Below, piece after piece: positions 1 to 9,860 of a stretch of 64,000 nucleotides of DNA. The notes under the pieces are model-generated. The model did not search any database. It saw nothing but the letters and a program-made list of their open reading frames with translations, and was not told the origin of the DNA. A program made the position numbers and the translations under genes. The stretch is from an uncultured Verrucomicrobiae bacterium (lineage in GTDB: Bacteria; Verrucomicrobiota; Verrucomicrobiia; Limisphaerales; Palsa-1400): positions 544,001-608,000 of the forward strand of contig CAVPOM010000006.1 in assembly GCA_963707025.1 (NCBI GenBank), read 5' to 3'. Numbering within the stretch: the stretch's first letter is position 1; the number at the start of each line of letters is the position of its first letter.

Positions 1-1
1 T

Positions 2-1591
2 GACTCCCTATCCCTGTCCACCGATGAACCGGGCTGGCGCGATTTCAAGACCTATCCGCCGGCGAAGAAATTTGAAAGCAGCGACCCGCTGCAAATGGAA
101 GGCTCCAAGTATTTCGAGCAGGTGATCACGCCGGAAAATGTCGGGGTCAAGGAAATTCCGGCCTTTGTCTTCAGCTATTTTGATCCGGAGGGCGGTTCCT
201 TTCACACGCTGACCCATCCGGCCATTGCCTTGCATGTGCTGCCCACCGCCGCCACGCCGCCGCCCACGGTGGCGGCCGCGCCCGCCCTGCCTGGCGCCAC
301 CCCGCCGCCCGCGCAGGAGATTGTCAACATCAAGGTGCGCCTCGGCGCCGTGGCGCTGGCCGGGCCGCCGTTGTTGCAGCGGCCCGGTTTTCTCGCCTGG
401 CAGGCCGCCGCGCCCCTGGCCTGGGTTTGCGCGCTGCTCTGGCGGCGGCAAAAGGACAAGCTGGCCAACAACCCGCGCCTGCGCCGGCGCCGCGCCGTGG
501 CGCGCCTGGTGCATCAAGGTTTGACGGAACTCTCCGCCCGCGCCCGCGCCCAGGATGCCGGGTCATTTTACGCCACCGTTTTTCGTCTGCTCCAGGAGCA
601 ATTGGGCGAGCGGCTCGATTTGCCCGCCTCCGCCATCACCGAGGCGGTCCTGGAAGAGGCGCGGAGCAAGGGTTTGCACGAAGCGACCGAAACGCTCCTG
701 CGGGAATTATTCCACGCCTGCAACCAATTCCGCTACACCCCCGAACACACCGCCCAGGAACTGGCCTCCCTCATTCCCAAAGTGAAGACCGCTTTGCACG
801 AATTGCAAAAGATGACCCCGCCGGCCGCCGCTCCGGTTGGGAGAAATCTGTTGCAGGGCGCCGGCGGCCTGCTCCTGCTGCTGCTGGCGGCGGCCGGCGC
901 GCGCGCGGCGGACGCCCCGGACAAATTCGCCCAGGCCAACAAGCTTTACGAGGAAGGCCAATACGCCGCCGCCGCCGCCGCTTACGAGAAGCTGACGCAG
1001 ACGGGGCCGGCGGCGGCGGCGGTTTATTTTAATCTGGGCAACGCCTGGTTCAAGGCGGGCCAGTTGGGGCGCGCCATCTGCGCCTATCGGCGGGCCGAAG
1101 AGCTGGCCCCGCGCGATCCCGATGTGCGGGCCAACCTGCAATTTGCGCGCAACCAGCCGGGAGCGGGGGCGCCCGCCCTGCCGGGGGTTTCCTGGGCGCG
1201 CTGGCTCCCGCATCTCACGCTCAACGAATGGACCGTCTGGTCCTCGCTGTTCGCCGCGCTTTTTTTTGCAGTATTGACAGGGCGGCAGATTTGGCCCGCC
1301 TGGAAAAAATCCACGGCCGGCCTGGCCTGGGCGCTGGCGGCGGCGTGGGTCTGTGGGTTGGCCTGCCTGGGCCTGGCGCTGGACGCCCGTTTCGGGGCGC
1401 AGTCCTCGGTCGTGATCGTGCCCGAAACGGTGGTGCGGCTCGGTCCGGACGACAAGGCCGCCAGCGTGTTCACCGCCCATGACGGCGCGGAACTGTTGGT
1501 CTTGGATCGGAGCGAGGGCTGGCTGGAAGTGGCCGACGCCGCCGGGCGCAAGGGTTGGGTGCCGCAACCCGAAGTTGCGCCGGCGCCGTAA
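2..1591 (+). CDS. BatD-like C-terminal part fused to BatE-like TPR + TM + SH3 protein (5' truncated by window edge)
   Basis: Frame is open from position 2 (DSLSL...FKTYPP). BatD-like EIPAFVFSYFDPE segment, TM anchor, TPR motif (YFNLGNAWFKAGQLGRAI...APRDPDVRANL) and SH3-like end (GWLEV...KGWVP). Confidence 0.75.
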   Translation, partial: DSLSLSTDEPGWRDFKTYPPAKKFESSDPLQMEGSKYFEQVITPENVGVKEIPAFVFSYFDPEGGSFHTLTHPAIALHVLPTAATPPPTVAAAPALPGATPPPAQEIVNIKVRLGAVALAGPPLLQRPGFLAWQAAAPLAWVCALLWRRQKDKLANNPRLRRRRAVARLVHQGLTELSARARAQDAGSFYATVFRLLQEQLGERLDLPASAITEAVLEEARSKGLHEATETLLRELFHACNQFRYTPEHTAQELASLIPKVKTALHELQKMTPPAAAPVGRNLLQGAGGLLLLLLAAAGARAADAPDKFAQANKLYEEGQYAAAAAAYEKLTQTGPAAAAVYFNLGNAWFKAGQLGRAICAYRRAEELAPRDPDVRANLQFARNQPGAGAPALPGVSWARWLPHLTLNEWTVWSSLFAALFFAVLTGRQIWPAWKKSTAGLAWALAAAWVCGLACLGLALDARFGAQSSVVIVPETVVRLGPDDKAASVFTAHDGAELLVLDRSEGWLEVADAAGRKGWVPQPEVAPAP

Positions 1592-1600
1592 GGGCGGCGG

Positions 1601-1969
1601 TTATTGAATCGGCGCGGTCGTCACCTTGCCCTGCACCGGATCATAGACCAGTTTCATGCCAGCCGGCGCGGCGGGAAGCTTGCCGATATACTCCTTGGTC
1701 ACCAACTCATTCAAATCTTTGGGCAGGCGTCCTTCCTGGACGTTGAAAAGCTGGACTTCCTCGTTCAACGAGGTCACATCCACCGTTTTGACGGCGGATT
1801 GCTGCGCCTTGACCATCGTGCCCAGATAACCATTGCCGGCCGGCGCCGGCGGCGGGGCTTTGTTGACCGTGGTCACGGTGGTGGTGGTGGTGGGAGATTT
1901 CTCATTCTTGCCGCAACCGGCGAGGACGAGTCCGGCACCCAGGAAAACGAGGCAGCAGACGGATTTCAT
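1601..1969 (-). CDS. small putative lipoprotein
   Basis: Lipobox LAGC after a hydrophobic leader; Thr/Pro-rich linker. Confidence 0.75.
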   Translation of the reverse strand: MKSVCCLVFLGAGLVLAGCGKNEKSPTTTTTVTTVNKAPPPAPAGNGYLGTMVKAQQSAVKTVDVTSLNEEVQLFNVQEGRLPKDLNELVTKEYIGKLPAAPAGMKLVYDPVQGKVTTAPIQ

Positions 1970-2009
1970 GGAATAATTCTACGCCGCCGTCCGCGGAAAA
2001 TCAAATCCT

Positions 2010-2144
2010 TAGAGCGGTTTCACAAATACTGTAGCCGCATTACAAGGTAGGGTCCCGGCAGGCCGGGATTGCCCGCCGCGGCGCGCACGGAGTGCGCGCC
2101 CTACCACCCTCATTTAGGGCTACACAATTTCTTAAACCGCCCTA
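2010..2144. mobile_element. MITE with IS630-like terminal inverted repeats and an internal GTAG/CTAC REP-like doublet
   Basis: Left end TAGAGCGGTTTCACAAATACTGTAGC; right end reverse complement TAGGGCGGTTTAAGAAATTGTGTAGC. Internal GGTAGGG...GCGCGCACGGAGTGCGCGCCCTACC. Confidence 0.65.
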
Positions 2145-2272
2145 CCCGGCAGAATTCACACACCCCGTCACCCCGGAAAGCATTGGATGACGAGCACAAC
2201 CCTGGCCCAGGTGTGCGCCGGACCGCCATTTTCCGCATGGTTGGCGGGATCCGGCAAGCGGTTGAAAGTTGG

Positions 2273-4406
2273 TCAAGGAACAACGGTGCAACGATAAAAC
2301 TGGGCGCCGGGCGGTTGGGCGGGCAGACTCTCATAAAAGACCAGCGTGCCATCGCCGTAGATCAAATCCAGCAATGGGCCGGTGCCCCAGTTCACTAAAT
2401 TGGTGCTGGAGTCGAGGGTGAATTGCTGGTCCACCACACCGGAAACGGAAAAGACATTGTAACCTCCCGCCTGCGCAAAACTGATAATGTTCACGGGGGT
2501 CAGCACGGGCACCACCTGGCTGCGAAGAATAGCGCCTTCAAAGCCGACCGCCACCAATTGGCCGCGTTGGGTGGCAGCGCCGTCGAGGGACGCGGTGGTG
2601 ATGGTGCCGAGGTTGGTCCAGGTTGTAAAATTTGTGCTGGCCAGGACCGCGCCTTGGTTGCCCACGACGTAACAGGTGTTGCTGATCATGATGGCGTCGT
2701 TCAACCAATTGGTCAGGCCGCTGTGCAGCGAGGCCCAATTGGTGCCGTTGGTGCTGCTCAGCAGGGTGCCGTTTTCGCCGACCGCCAGCAGCCTGCCGTC
2801 CAGGCAACGCAGGCGGTAAAGCCAGTTGGTCGTGCCCGAAGCGCGACTGGTCCAGTTGGTGCCGTCGGGGCTGGTGAGAATGGTGCCGGCGTTGCCCGTC
2901 AGCACCAGCAGGCCGTTGGTGCAAGCAGCGATGCCGGACAAATAATTCGCCGTCCCGGAGGCGAGCTGGCTCCAGTTGGTGCCGTCCGGACTGTTCAGCA
3001 GGGTGCCATTGCCGCCGATGAGATAGAAATTGTTGCTGAAGGTGCCGACGCCGGCCAGGTCATTCGTTGTCCCCGCCGGCGCGGGCAGGGCATACCAGAC
3101 GACGCCGAGTGTGCTGGCGTAGTTGGTGAACAAACTGCCATCCTGATTGGTTTCGATGACGGCCACGAGGAGATTTGGGCTGATGGCCAGACTGCCCTTG
3201 CTGCCGGCGGCGACGAGCAGGTTGGTTGTGCCGCCGACACAAAGGAATGCGGTGTTGGTGCTGGAAACAGAATTCGTCAGCGGAACTTCCTCGACCGTCC
3301 AGTCCGCCCCATTGCCGCTGGTCATGATGCGCGCATTGTCGCCCACGGCAACGTAGAGGCCGTTGGCCATTGTTACCTGAAACAGCCAGTCGCGCGGGCA
3401 AGAATAGGGCGTGTCCCAACTGTAAATGCCGTTGCTGGCAGAGCTTGCCACCAACATGCCGTCATATCCGGCCAGTTCATAGCCGCCGTTGGTGTCGAGC
3501 ACGGAGGCGAAGTAGGTCCAGGCCGGCACATCCGCCAGGGCGGAACCAACCTGTTCAGGCCAGATGACTTTGTTGGTGGGGACCGAACCGAGGCGGACTT
3601 CATCATTTCCCGCCAACAGACCTGTCACATGGTCGGCGGCAACGGTATAGAGCACATTGGTGGAAGGGCTGACAAAACCGAAGTTAGTCCAGTTCTGGCC
3701 ATTGGTCGCGCTGTAAAACGCGCAGCCCGCATCGCTCACCGTCCAGAATCCGGTGTAGGGGAAATTGGTATGGGAGCCGGACGTGTCAATCCAAGCCACA
3801 TCCTCCAACTGGCCATAGGACTCAGCAATGGAGCGTGAGGTCCAGTTGGTGCCGTTCCTGCTGGTGGCGATATAACCCGCTTCCCCCGTGGTCACGAAAA
3901 GGCCATTGCCATAGGCGACGCTGAGCAGCCAGAATTCTCCCAGGTTGGGAGGTGGCGATCTGCAGATGCCAGGCGGCGCCGTCGGTGCTCGTGTAAAGAG
4001 CCCCATTGTCACCCACGGCCACGACCAGGGTTGGCGAGGCGGCCACAGAGACGATCCAGTTGGTGGTGTTGAGCGAAACGGGAGTAAAACTGACGCCATC
4101 GTCCGAATAAGCCACCGCGCCGTGGGAGCCGGTGATGATGATGCGATTGCCAAAAAAGGTCACCGCCTGAAGGTCGTTGGTCAGATGGCTGTTTTGCGCA
4201 AACCAATTAACCAGGTCCGAACTGGTATAGACCCTGCCCCGGTCACAGACTTGCACCCCCAAAGTCCCGTTCCAGGCCATGCCCACAATATTATTGCCGT
4301 GGGGCTGTGGATTGCACCAGCTCCAGGCCAGTGGTTGAGCTGACCCAGGGAAAACGGGCGCGACCGTAAAACCGAGCGCCAGCCAGAACCGTCTCGCGAG
4401 ATGCAT
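2273..4406 (-). CDS. secreted WD40/BNR-like beta-propeller repeat protein with C-terminal FYR domain (one +1 frameshift near 3959)
   Basis: Signal peptide MHLARRFWLALGF at 4406. Repeats of VAVGxNGxILxSxDGTNW continue across two frames; ends AQFYRCTVVP. Confidence 0.8.
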
Positions 4407-4422
4407 ATAAGATATGGAGTGC

Positions 4423-5883
4423 TCAACCCGGCTGATCTGTTGCCAATAGTTGTCCGGCGGTCCTGCTCTGGAGGGGTGCGGCGGGCGGCTGGGGCACACT
4501 GAGGCGGAAGGTGCAGCCGGTGGGAGCGTTGCCCAACAGCTCCAATTTTGCGCCGAGGGATTGCGCCAATTGTTTGCTGATGGCCAGGCCGATGCCGCCG
4601 CCGTCTTTCTTTCCCGAAGTGCAGGGCATGAAGAGCCGCCCCTCCAGGCCGGGCGGCAGACCGGGGCCTTGATCGCGGACTTCAAAGTGGATGGCCCCGT
4701 CGCCGCCCGTGACGCGGATTTCAACGCTCTTGCCCGGCGGGGTGGCTTCGATGCCATTTTGCACCAGGTTTTCCAGAATCAATAAAATAAGATCCGCTTG
4801 ACGGTTTGACAAAACCCCCTGGCACGGTGCCTTGGTTTGGAAACCAACGCCGGTGGCCTCCGCCAGCGGCCCGGCCTTTTGCGCCAGCATCCCGACCAGT
4901 TCGGCAATGGACACTTCATAATCCGCGCCGGTTTGCTGTTCCTGCAAGACGCGCACCACGCGGTTGATCAATTCTTCCATGCGCTGGGTGGTGCTCAGGG
5001 CCGTGCGCCATTCGGTGTCGGAGCCGATGCCGTTTTCCGCGTTGCGGGCGCGGACGAAATGGCGCAGTCCGCTCAACGGGTTTCTCAGTCCATGAATCAA
5101 ATGCGAGGCGACCGCGCCCACCGCGGAAGTGCGGGCGGCCAGGGCCAGTTCGCGATTGGCTTGCAGAAGATTGCGGGTGCGTTCGGCCAGTTTTTGGTGG
5201 GCGCGCTGGACGCGGCGCAGAGCCAGGCCCAGTCCGGCCATCAAGATGGCCGCGGCCACGAGGAAGGCGGCGGAAAATTTCAGCGCCAGATTTCGGTCCA
5301 AGCCGGCGTATTGGCGGGCCATGGTGCTGCCGTCCATCAGAAATTGGATCACGCCGGCGAGATGCTCATGATCGTCGGTGCGCAAAGGCACTTCCACGAA
5401 TAAAAGGGGTGCGGCGGGGCTGTCCGATTCGGCCAGGAGGTCCTGCTCTTGCATCCGGGCATGGGCGGAAAAGTAACTGACCGGCTGGAGGTTGCGCAGC
5501 GGCCCCAAATCGTCCGCCGGCAGCGCGGCCTCGGTGATGTAAGCGGGAAAGGCATTGGCAAATTTGCCATCGGCGGAATAGAGGCGCACCCCCAGCACAT
5601 TGCGCAAACGGGAGACTTCCAGGGCGAGCTGAAACTGTTCGCCCGGATCAGCCAGGGAGGAAATCGTCTCGCCGCGGCCCTGGTCATTCAAATGCTGCAT
5701 GAGCGTCACGGCGTCCAGAATCTCACCGTCGCGCTGGACGATTTGCCAGCGAATGCGCGCGCGCAAATCCAAGGCCGACCAGGCCAGCGTGCCGCCCAGG
5801 ACGGTCAGGGCCAGCCCGATCACGAGGAGGGGCGCCCATCGTGAGCGCGGGACCGGTCGCTCCAAGTCAGGCGCGGTTTTCAT
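4423..5883 (-). CDS. membrane sensor histidine kinase
   Basis: Two TM segments, H-box LIHGLRNPL, N-box ENLVQNGIEA, DQGPG and GGGIGLAIS boxes. Likely start MKTAPDL. Confidence 0.9.
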   Translation of the reverse strand: MKTAPDLERPVPRSRWAPLLVIGLALTVLGGTLAWSALDLRARIRWQIVQRDGEILDAVTLMQHLNDQGRGETISSLADPGEQFQLALEVSRLRNVLGVRLYSADGKFANAFPAYITEAALPADDLGPLRNLQPVSYFSAHARMQEQDLLAESDSPAAPLLFVEVPLRTDDHEHLAGVIQFLMDGSTMARQYAGLDRNLALKFSAAFLVAAAILMAGLGLALRRVQRAHQKLAERTRNLLQANRELALAARTSAVGAVASHLIHGLRNPLSGLRHFVRARNAENGIGSDTEWRTALSTTQRMEELINRVVRVLQEQQTGADYEVSIAELVGMLAQKAGPLAEATGVGFQTKAPCQGVLSNRQADLILLILENLVQNGIEATPPGKSVEIRVTGGDGAIHFEVRDQGPGLPPGLEGRLFMPCTSGKKDGGGIGLAISKQLAQSLGAKLELLGNAPTGCTFRLSVPQPPAAPLQSRTAGQLLATDQPG

Positions 5884-5959
5884 GCGGTTTGCTCCTTGTG
5901 CAAGTATAATCGAGGATGGACGCCGTGCAATTTGAAATTGGTTGCCGACATGGCTGGCC

Positions 5960-7106
5960 TCAAAATTCCCAGCGCAGCCCGCCGGATACGGTCCGGGCAA
6001 GGTAGTCGCCGGCGTTGCCGGCTTCGTTGGATTGGGCCTGCTGGTATTCCCAATTCGCAAAGACCTTCAGGCCTTTGTAGAGGCGGCGTTCGGCCTCGAA
6101 GGATAAATTGAATAAATCGCGGCCGAGGATTTCGCCGTTGAGTATGCCGACACCCTGGATGGGATAAATCTCGGCGACCCATTGGGCGCTGGCCTTGACC
6201 CGCCAGTTGGCCGTTTGCCAGCAAAGATCCTGGACGGCTTGATACTGGTAGTAATTGAAAAAGCCGCCGCCATTGTCCTGCTTATCGGCAAAAATCAGAC
6301 GCGTGGCCGACCGCCATTGGTGGTGTGCGTCCCAATATTGGCGCCAGGCCAGTTCAATCCGTTGTTGGTAAATCTGCAGAGTTCCGGCTCAAAGGCCGGC
6401 CATAGGCGTCCAAGGCCACCCATTGGGCGTGCGGCTGATAGGAAACCCCGTAACTCAAGGTGACATCGGACCCCTGGCCAAAATCCGATCCCGCCGTCAC
6501 GACCGGTCCATACTCCCAATACTCATCCAGCGGCGGTTGGAAAAACCAGTGCGTGACGGGCGATTCCAGTTGCAGCCAGAACCCCGCCTTGAAGTCTTTG
6601 CGCAGCCAGGGCCGCAAGGTATATCCGTATCCGTCCACCAGGGCCGTGGCCGGCACGCCCAAACTGGTGGAAATATCCAGCACCTGCTTTTCGTAAATGC
6701 CCCGGACTTCCCATCCGGCCCGCCAGCCGCGCGGCAATTCCCGCTCGACGCGGAGGCTGGCGGTGAAGGAGTCTTCCGAGTTGGTGCCGACATTTTGCCA
6801 GTAGCGGATGTCATCGCCGATGACCGACCCCTCGATCTGCCAACCGTCCAACGGCAGCCGCAGAACCAGCAAATCCACCCCGTTGATGAAAAACTGGCTC
6901 CCGCGCGGATTGAAAGAGCTTAACAGGATATTGTCTTTGTAGCCCACCCCGGAGGAAAGGGTGATTTGATGGTCCCATAGCATGGATTCGGTCCAGAGCG
7001 GGATGTTTTCCGGAATTAAATTAGTGTCCACCTGCGGCATTTCAGCGCCGCGACTGCGCAGCAGGCTGACGGAGAAGAAGAACAGGATGATCAGGCCACG
7101 GCGCAA
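5960..7106 (-). CDS. putative outer-membrane beta-barrel protein (one +1 frameshift near 6383)
   Basis: Signal peptide plus amphipathic strands. After the shift the frame reads TLQIYQQRIELAWRQYW...ARTVSGGLRWEF-stop, a terminal-Phe beta-signal. This half is absent from the ORF track. Confidence 0.7.
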
Positions 7107-7232
7107 ATCCCGCCGCAGGCGGGCAAAAGCACCCTGGCGGCCCGCGAGGGCCGGCAGACTTGGGCGCCTTGGTTTAAGACGGTTCAGAAAATTGGGTCGT
7201 GCCTTGATTGGAAATGAAAACCTCCGGCGCTG

Positions 7233-7511
7233 CTAAGCCCGCATGGAAATGGCACAGTCGGCAAAAGGAATGTTCCGCCAGCCAACTTTCTGAAGCCAAT
7301 CCACCAGGTCGGGTTGACCGCGGAAAGAAGGTTCGGACAATTCATCCGGCTTTGCCGCCAACACCAACGGAACGCCCTGAAGTTCAGCGCTCTTGGCCAG
7401 CAAACCATGTGACAACAAAGTCAACCTCTGGTCGGCCACCACTTTCGGCTCGACTTGGACCACGACACAAGGCACATCCGCAACCTTCATAAATGCAGCC
7501 AAAATGTTCAT
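7233..7511 (-). CDS. hypothetical protein (~92 aa)
   Basis: Protein-like composition, co-oriented with neighbours, lower GC. Confidence 0.5.
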   Translation of the reverse strand: MNILAAFMKVADVPCVVVQVEPKVVADQRLTLLSHGLLAKSAELQGVPLVLAAKPDELSEPSFRGQPDLVDWLQKVGWRNIPFADCAISMRA

Positions 7512-7587
7512 AGAATCAATGCAATCAATCCAATGGCAAGGCGTCAAACTTCAAGTTAAGGCGCTTCGCAAAGTGCTGGGCGCAGGC

Positions 7588-8046
7588 TCAATGACCCCGG
7601 TGATGGCCAAGGCCGCCTTCGGTGGCTGCGTCATGCGCCGCGTCAATGATGCGCAAGAACTCTTCATGACTGATTTTACCCTTCAGTGCCGCGAGGTCAT
7701 CCTTGAGTTGTTCGCGAAAGCCTTTGAGCGCCGTCAGGAAGTCCTGGCGATTCTCCTGCAACAGGTCGCGGATTTGCTGGCGCTCGGCCGCGGTGGTGGC
7801 ATGGTTGAGCTTGATGAGCAACACATCCTGGGCGGCCAGATATTTGTCCCGCGTTTGGTCGAAGCCGACGATCAAAGTTTGGATCGCCTTGGGCGCGCCG
7901 CGAAGATCCTGATAGAGGTCTTTATCGCCATGTGGAACCACGACCGTTGCAGGCGGTGTCGCCGTGGTTTGGGCCCCGGCACTGCCCGATCCGCACAGAC
8001 CGGCCACCGTGAGGCCCGTCAGAAGCAAGTAACGAATTGATTTCAT
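7588..8046 (-). CDS. secreted alpha-helical hypothetical protein
   Basis: Signal peptide MKSIRYLLLTGL...AGAQ; lies downstream of a sigma-54 promoter. Confidence 0.8.
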   Translation of the reverse strand: MKSIRYLLLTGLTVAGLCGSGSAGAQTTATPPATVVVPHGDKDLYQDLRGAPKAIQTLIVGFDQTRDKYLAAQDVLLIKLNHATTAAERQQIRDLLQENRQDFLTALKGFREQLKDDLAALKGKISHEEFLRIIDAAHDAATEGGLGHHRGH

Positions 8047-8106
8047 ATTATCTAAAACTTTGCTCAACCGGAGCCAGTGTCTGCTGGTTCCCTACGGCTA
8101 TGCTTA

Positions 8107-8122
8107 AGCAGCAATCGTGCCA
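8107..8122 (-). promoter_or_regulatory. sigma-54 (-24/-12) promoter
   Basis: Minus strand TGGCACGATTGCTGCT (GG-N10-GC), ~60 bp upstream of the ATG at 8046. Confidence 0.8.
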
Positions 8123-8208
8123 CCGGCTGGCCCATTGATGGAAGCATGGCAAACACCGGGTAAACCAGGCCGGCAGCGCTTTTTTGGGCCGTTTTGGCTT
8201 TCTTTCGC

Positions 8209-8266
8209 TGGGTGAATTCACCCAGGGCTGGGGTTGTTCCGGAAAGGAATTGGGTGCTATTCCCCA
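8209..8266. promoter_or_regulatory. paired putative enhancer (UAS) sites TGGG-N8-CCCA
   Basis: TGGGTGAATTCACCCA (8209-8224) and TGGGTGCTATTCCCCA (8251-8266), 42 bp apart; same layout recurs at 12392-12449. Confidence 0.7.
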
Positions 8267-9675
8267 GAAGCGGCCTCGGCTGTATTCTTGCTTCCGCCCA
8301 GCCGGTAACGCAGGAAATCGCGCGAGACGCCCAGCAGGCGCGCCGCCGCCGAAACGTTGTTGCCCGTTTGCTGCAAGGCCCGGCCAATGAGCACCGCCAC
8401 CGCGTCATCCAGCACAAAACCTTCCGGTGGAAAACAAAAACTGGGATTCAGCCAATCGGCATGCGCCACCGCCTTGTTGGGATCAATCGGGGTCTGCAAT
8501 TGCTCCAGATTCAACTCGGCGCCGCCCTCGAAGACGATGGCCCGTTCCAGTTCGTGGGCCAGTTCGCGCACGTTGCCCGGCCAGGCATAAGCCAGCAATC
8601 GCTGGCGCCCGCCGGCGGTCAGGCGCTTGACCGGAAGGCGATGCCGGTCGCACAAATTCTCCAGCAGCGATTCCGCCAGCCGGACAATATCCTCGCCCCG
8701 CTGGCGCAGAGGCGGAATGCGAATGCGATAGAGATCGAGCCGGTGAAACAAATCCTCGCGCAATTTTCCGGCGGCGACCAGCTCTTTGCCATCCTGGTTG
8801 GTGGCCGCGATGATCCGCGCATCCACGGCCAGCTCGCGCGTCCCGCCCAGACGCCGGATGCGATGATCCTCGATCACCTTGAGCACTTTGGCCTGGAGCG
8901 CCGGGGAAAGGCTGGGCAACTCGTCCAGAAAGAGAGTGCCGCCGCTGGCGGCCTCGAACAGACCGATGCGGGCGGTGTGCGCGTCGGTGAAGGCGCCGCG
9001 TTCGTGGCCGAACAATTCCGATTCCGCCAGCGACTCGGGCAGCGCCGAACAGTTGACTTCGACAAAGGCCTGCGCGGCGCGCGCCCCGCGCTGATGCAGC
9101 CAGCGCGCCAGGGTGGTTTTGCCGGTGCCAGTTTCCCCTTGCACCAGCACCGGGGGCAACTGCGTTTGCATGCGGGTGTCGGCATCGAGGATCTTTTTCA
9201 ACTGCGCTTCCACCTCGGCCAGGGCGCGTCCGAAAAAGAAGACCGCCGCCGCCTTGGCTGTGTCGTCGCGCCGCTGTTCGTCCAAGCGGGCGCTCTTGCG
9301 GGTGCGCTGCGCCCGGGCCATGACCAGGGGCAATTGGCCGGCATCGAATGGCTTGACCAGATAATCGGTGGCGCCCAGCCGCATGGCCTCGACCGCGCTG
9401 GCCACGCCGCCGTTGGCCGTCATGACAATGACGGCCGTGGCCGGCGGAAAAACTTTTTCCCCGAGCAAATCCGTGCCCAGTCCGTCCGGCAGGTTGACAT
9501 CAAGCAGGACGAAATCCGATTGGGCCTCGCGGAGGCACCGGCGGGCGCCGGCAAGGGTCTCCGCCGTGGTGACATCGGCGCCAAACTGCTTCAGGGTGGC
9601 GGCCAACTGCCGCCGCAACAGCGATTCGTCTTCCACCACCAAGATGCTCACTTCTCTCAGGTCAGTTGTGCTCAT
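8257..9675 (-). CDS. sigma-54-dependent response regulator (NtrC/AtoC family, REC-AAA+-Fis HTH)
   Basis: REC (VVEDE, LLDVNLPD, KPF), Walker A GETGTGKT, ESELFGHERGAFTDA, FLDE, WPGNVREL, HTH NVSAAARLLG. Confidence 0.95.
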   Translation of the reverse strand: MSTTDLREVSILVVEDESLLRRQLAATLKQFGADVTTAETLAGARRCLREAQSDFVLLDVNLPDGLGTDLLGEKVFPPATAVIVMTANGGVASAVEAMRLGATDYLVKPFDAGQLPLVMARAQRTRKSARLDEQRRDDTAKAAAVFFFGRALAEVEAQLKKILDADTRMQTQLPPVLVQGETGTGKTTLARWLHQRGARAAQAFVEVNCSALPESLAESELFGHERGAFTDAHTARIGLFEAASGGTLFLDELPSLSPALQAKVLKVIEDHRIRRLGGTRELAVDARIIAATNQDGKELVAAGKLREDLFHRLDLYRIRIPPLRQRGEDIVRLAESLLENLCDRHRLPVKRLTAGGRQRLLAYAWPGNVRELAHELERAIVFEGGAELNLEQLQTPIDPNKAVAHADWLNPSFCFPPEGFVLDDAVAVLIGRALQQTGNNVSAAARLLGVSRDFLRYRLGGSKNTAEAASGE

Positions 9676-9860
9676 GCCAATGGGATTGCAGCGCCGCCGG
9701 TCATCTTGGAGCGCCACCGTCCAGTTGTGAAGTCTGAAATTCCATCTGATGTTTACCTGCTTCCAGTGCAATCGGACCACGGTGCGCCTGGCCGGGACCG
9801 TGTCTCCGGCTTTCCAATAATTTAACGCGCGGCGGGATGTCGTGCGGCAGCCCACAGGCT

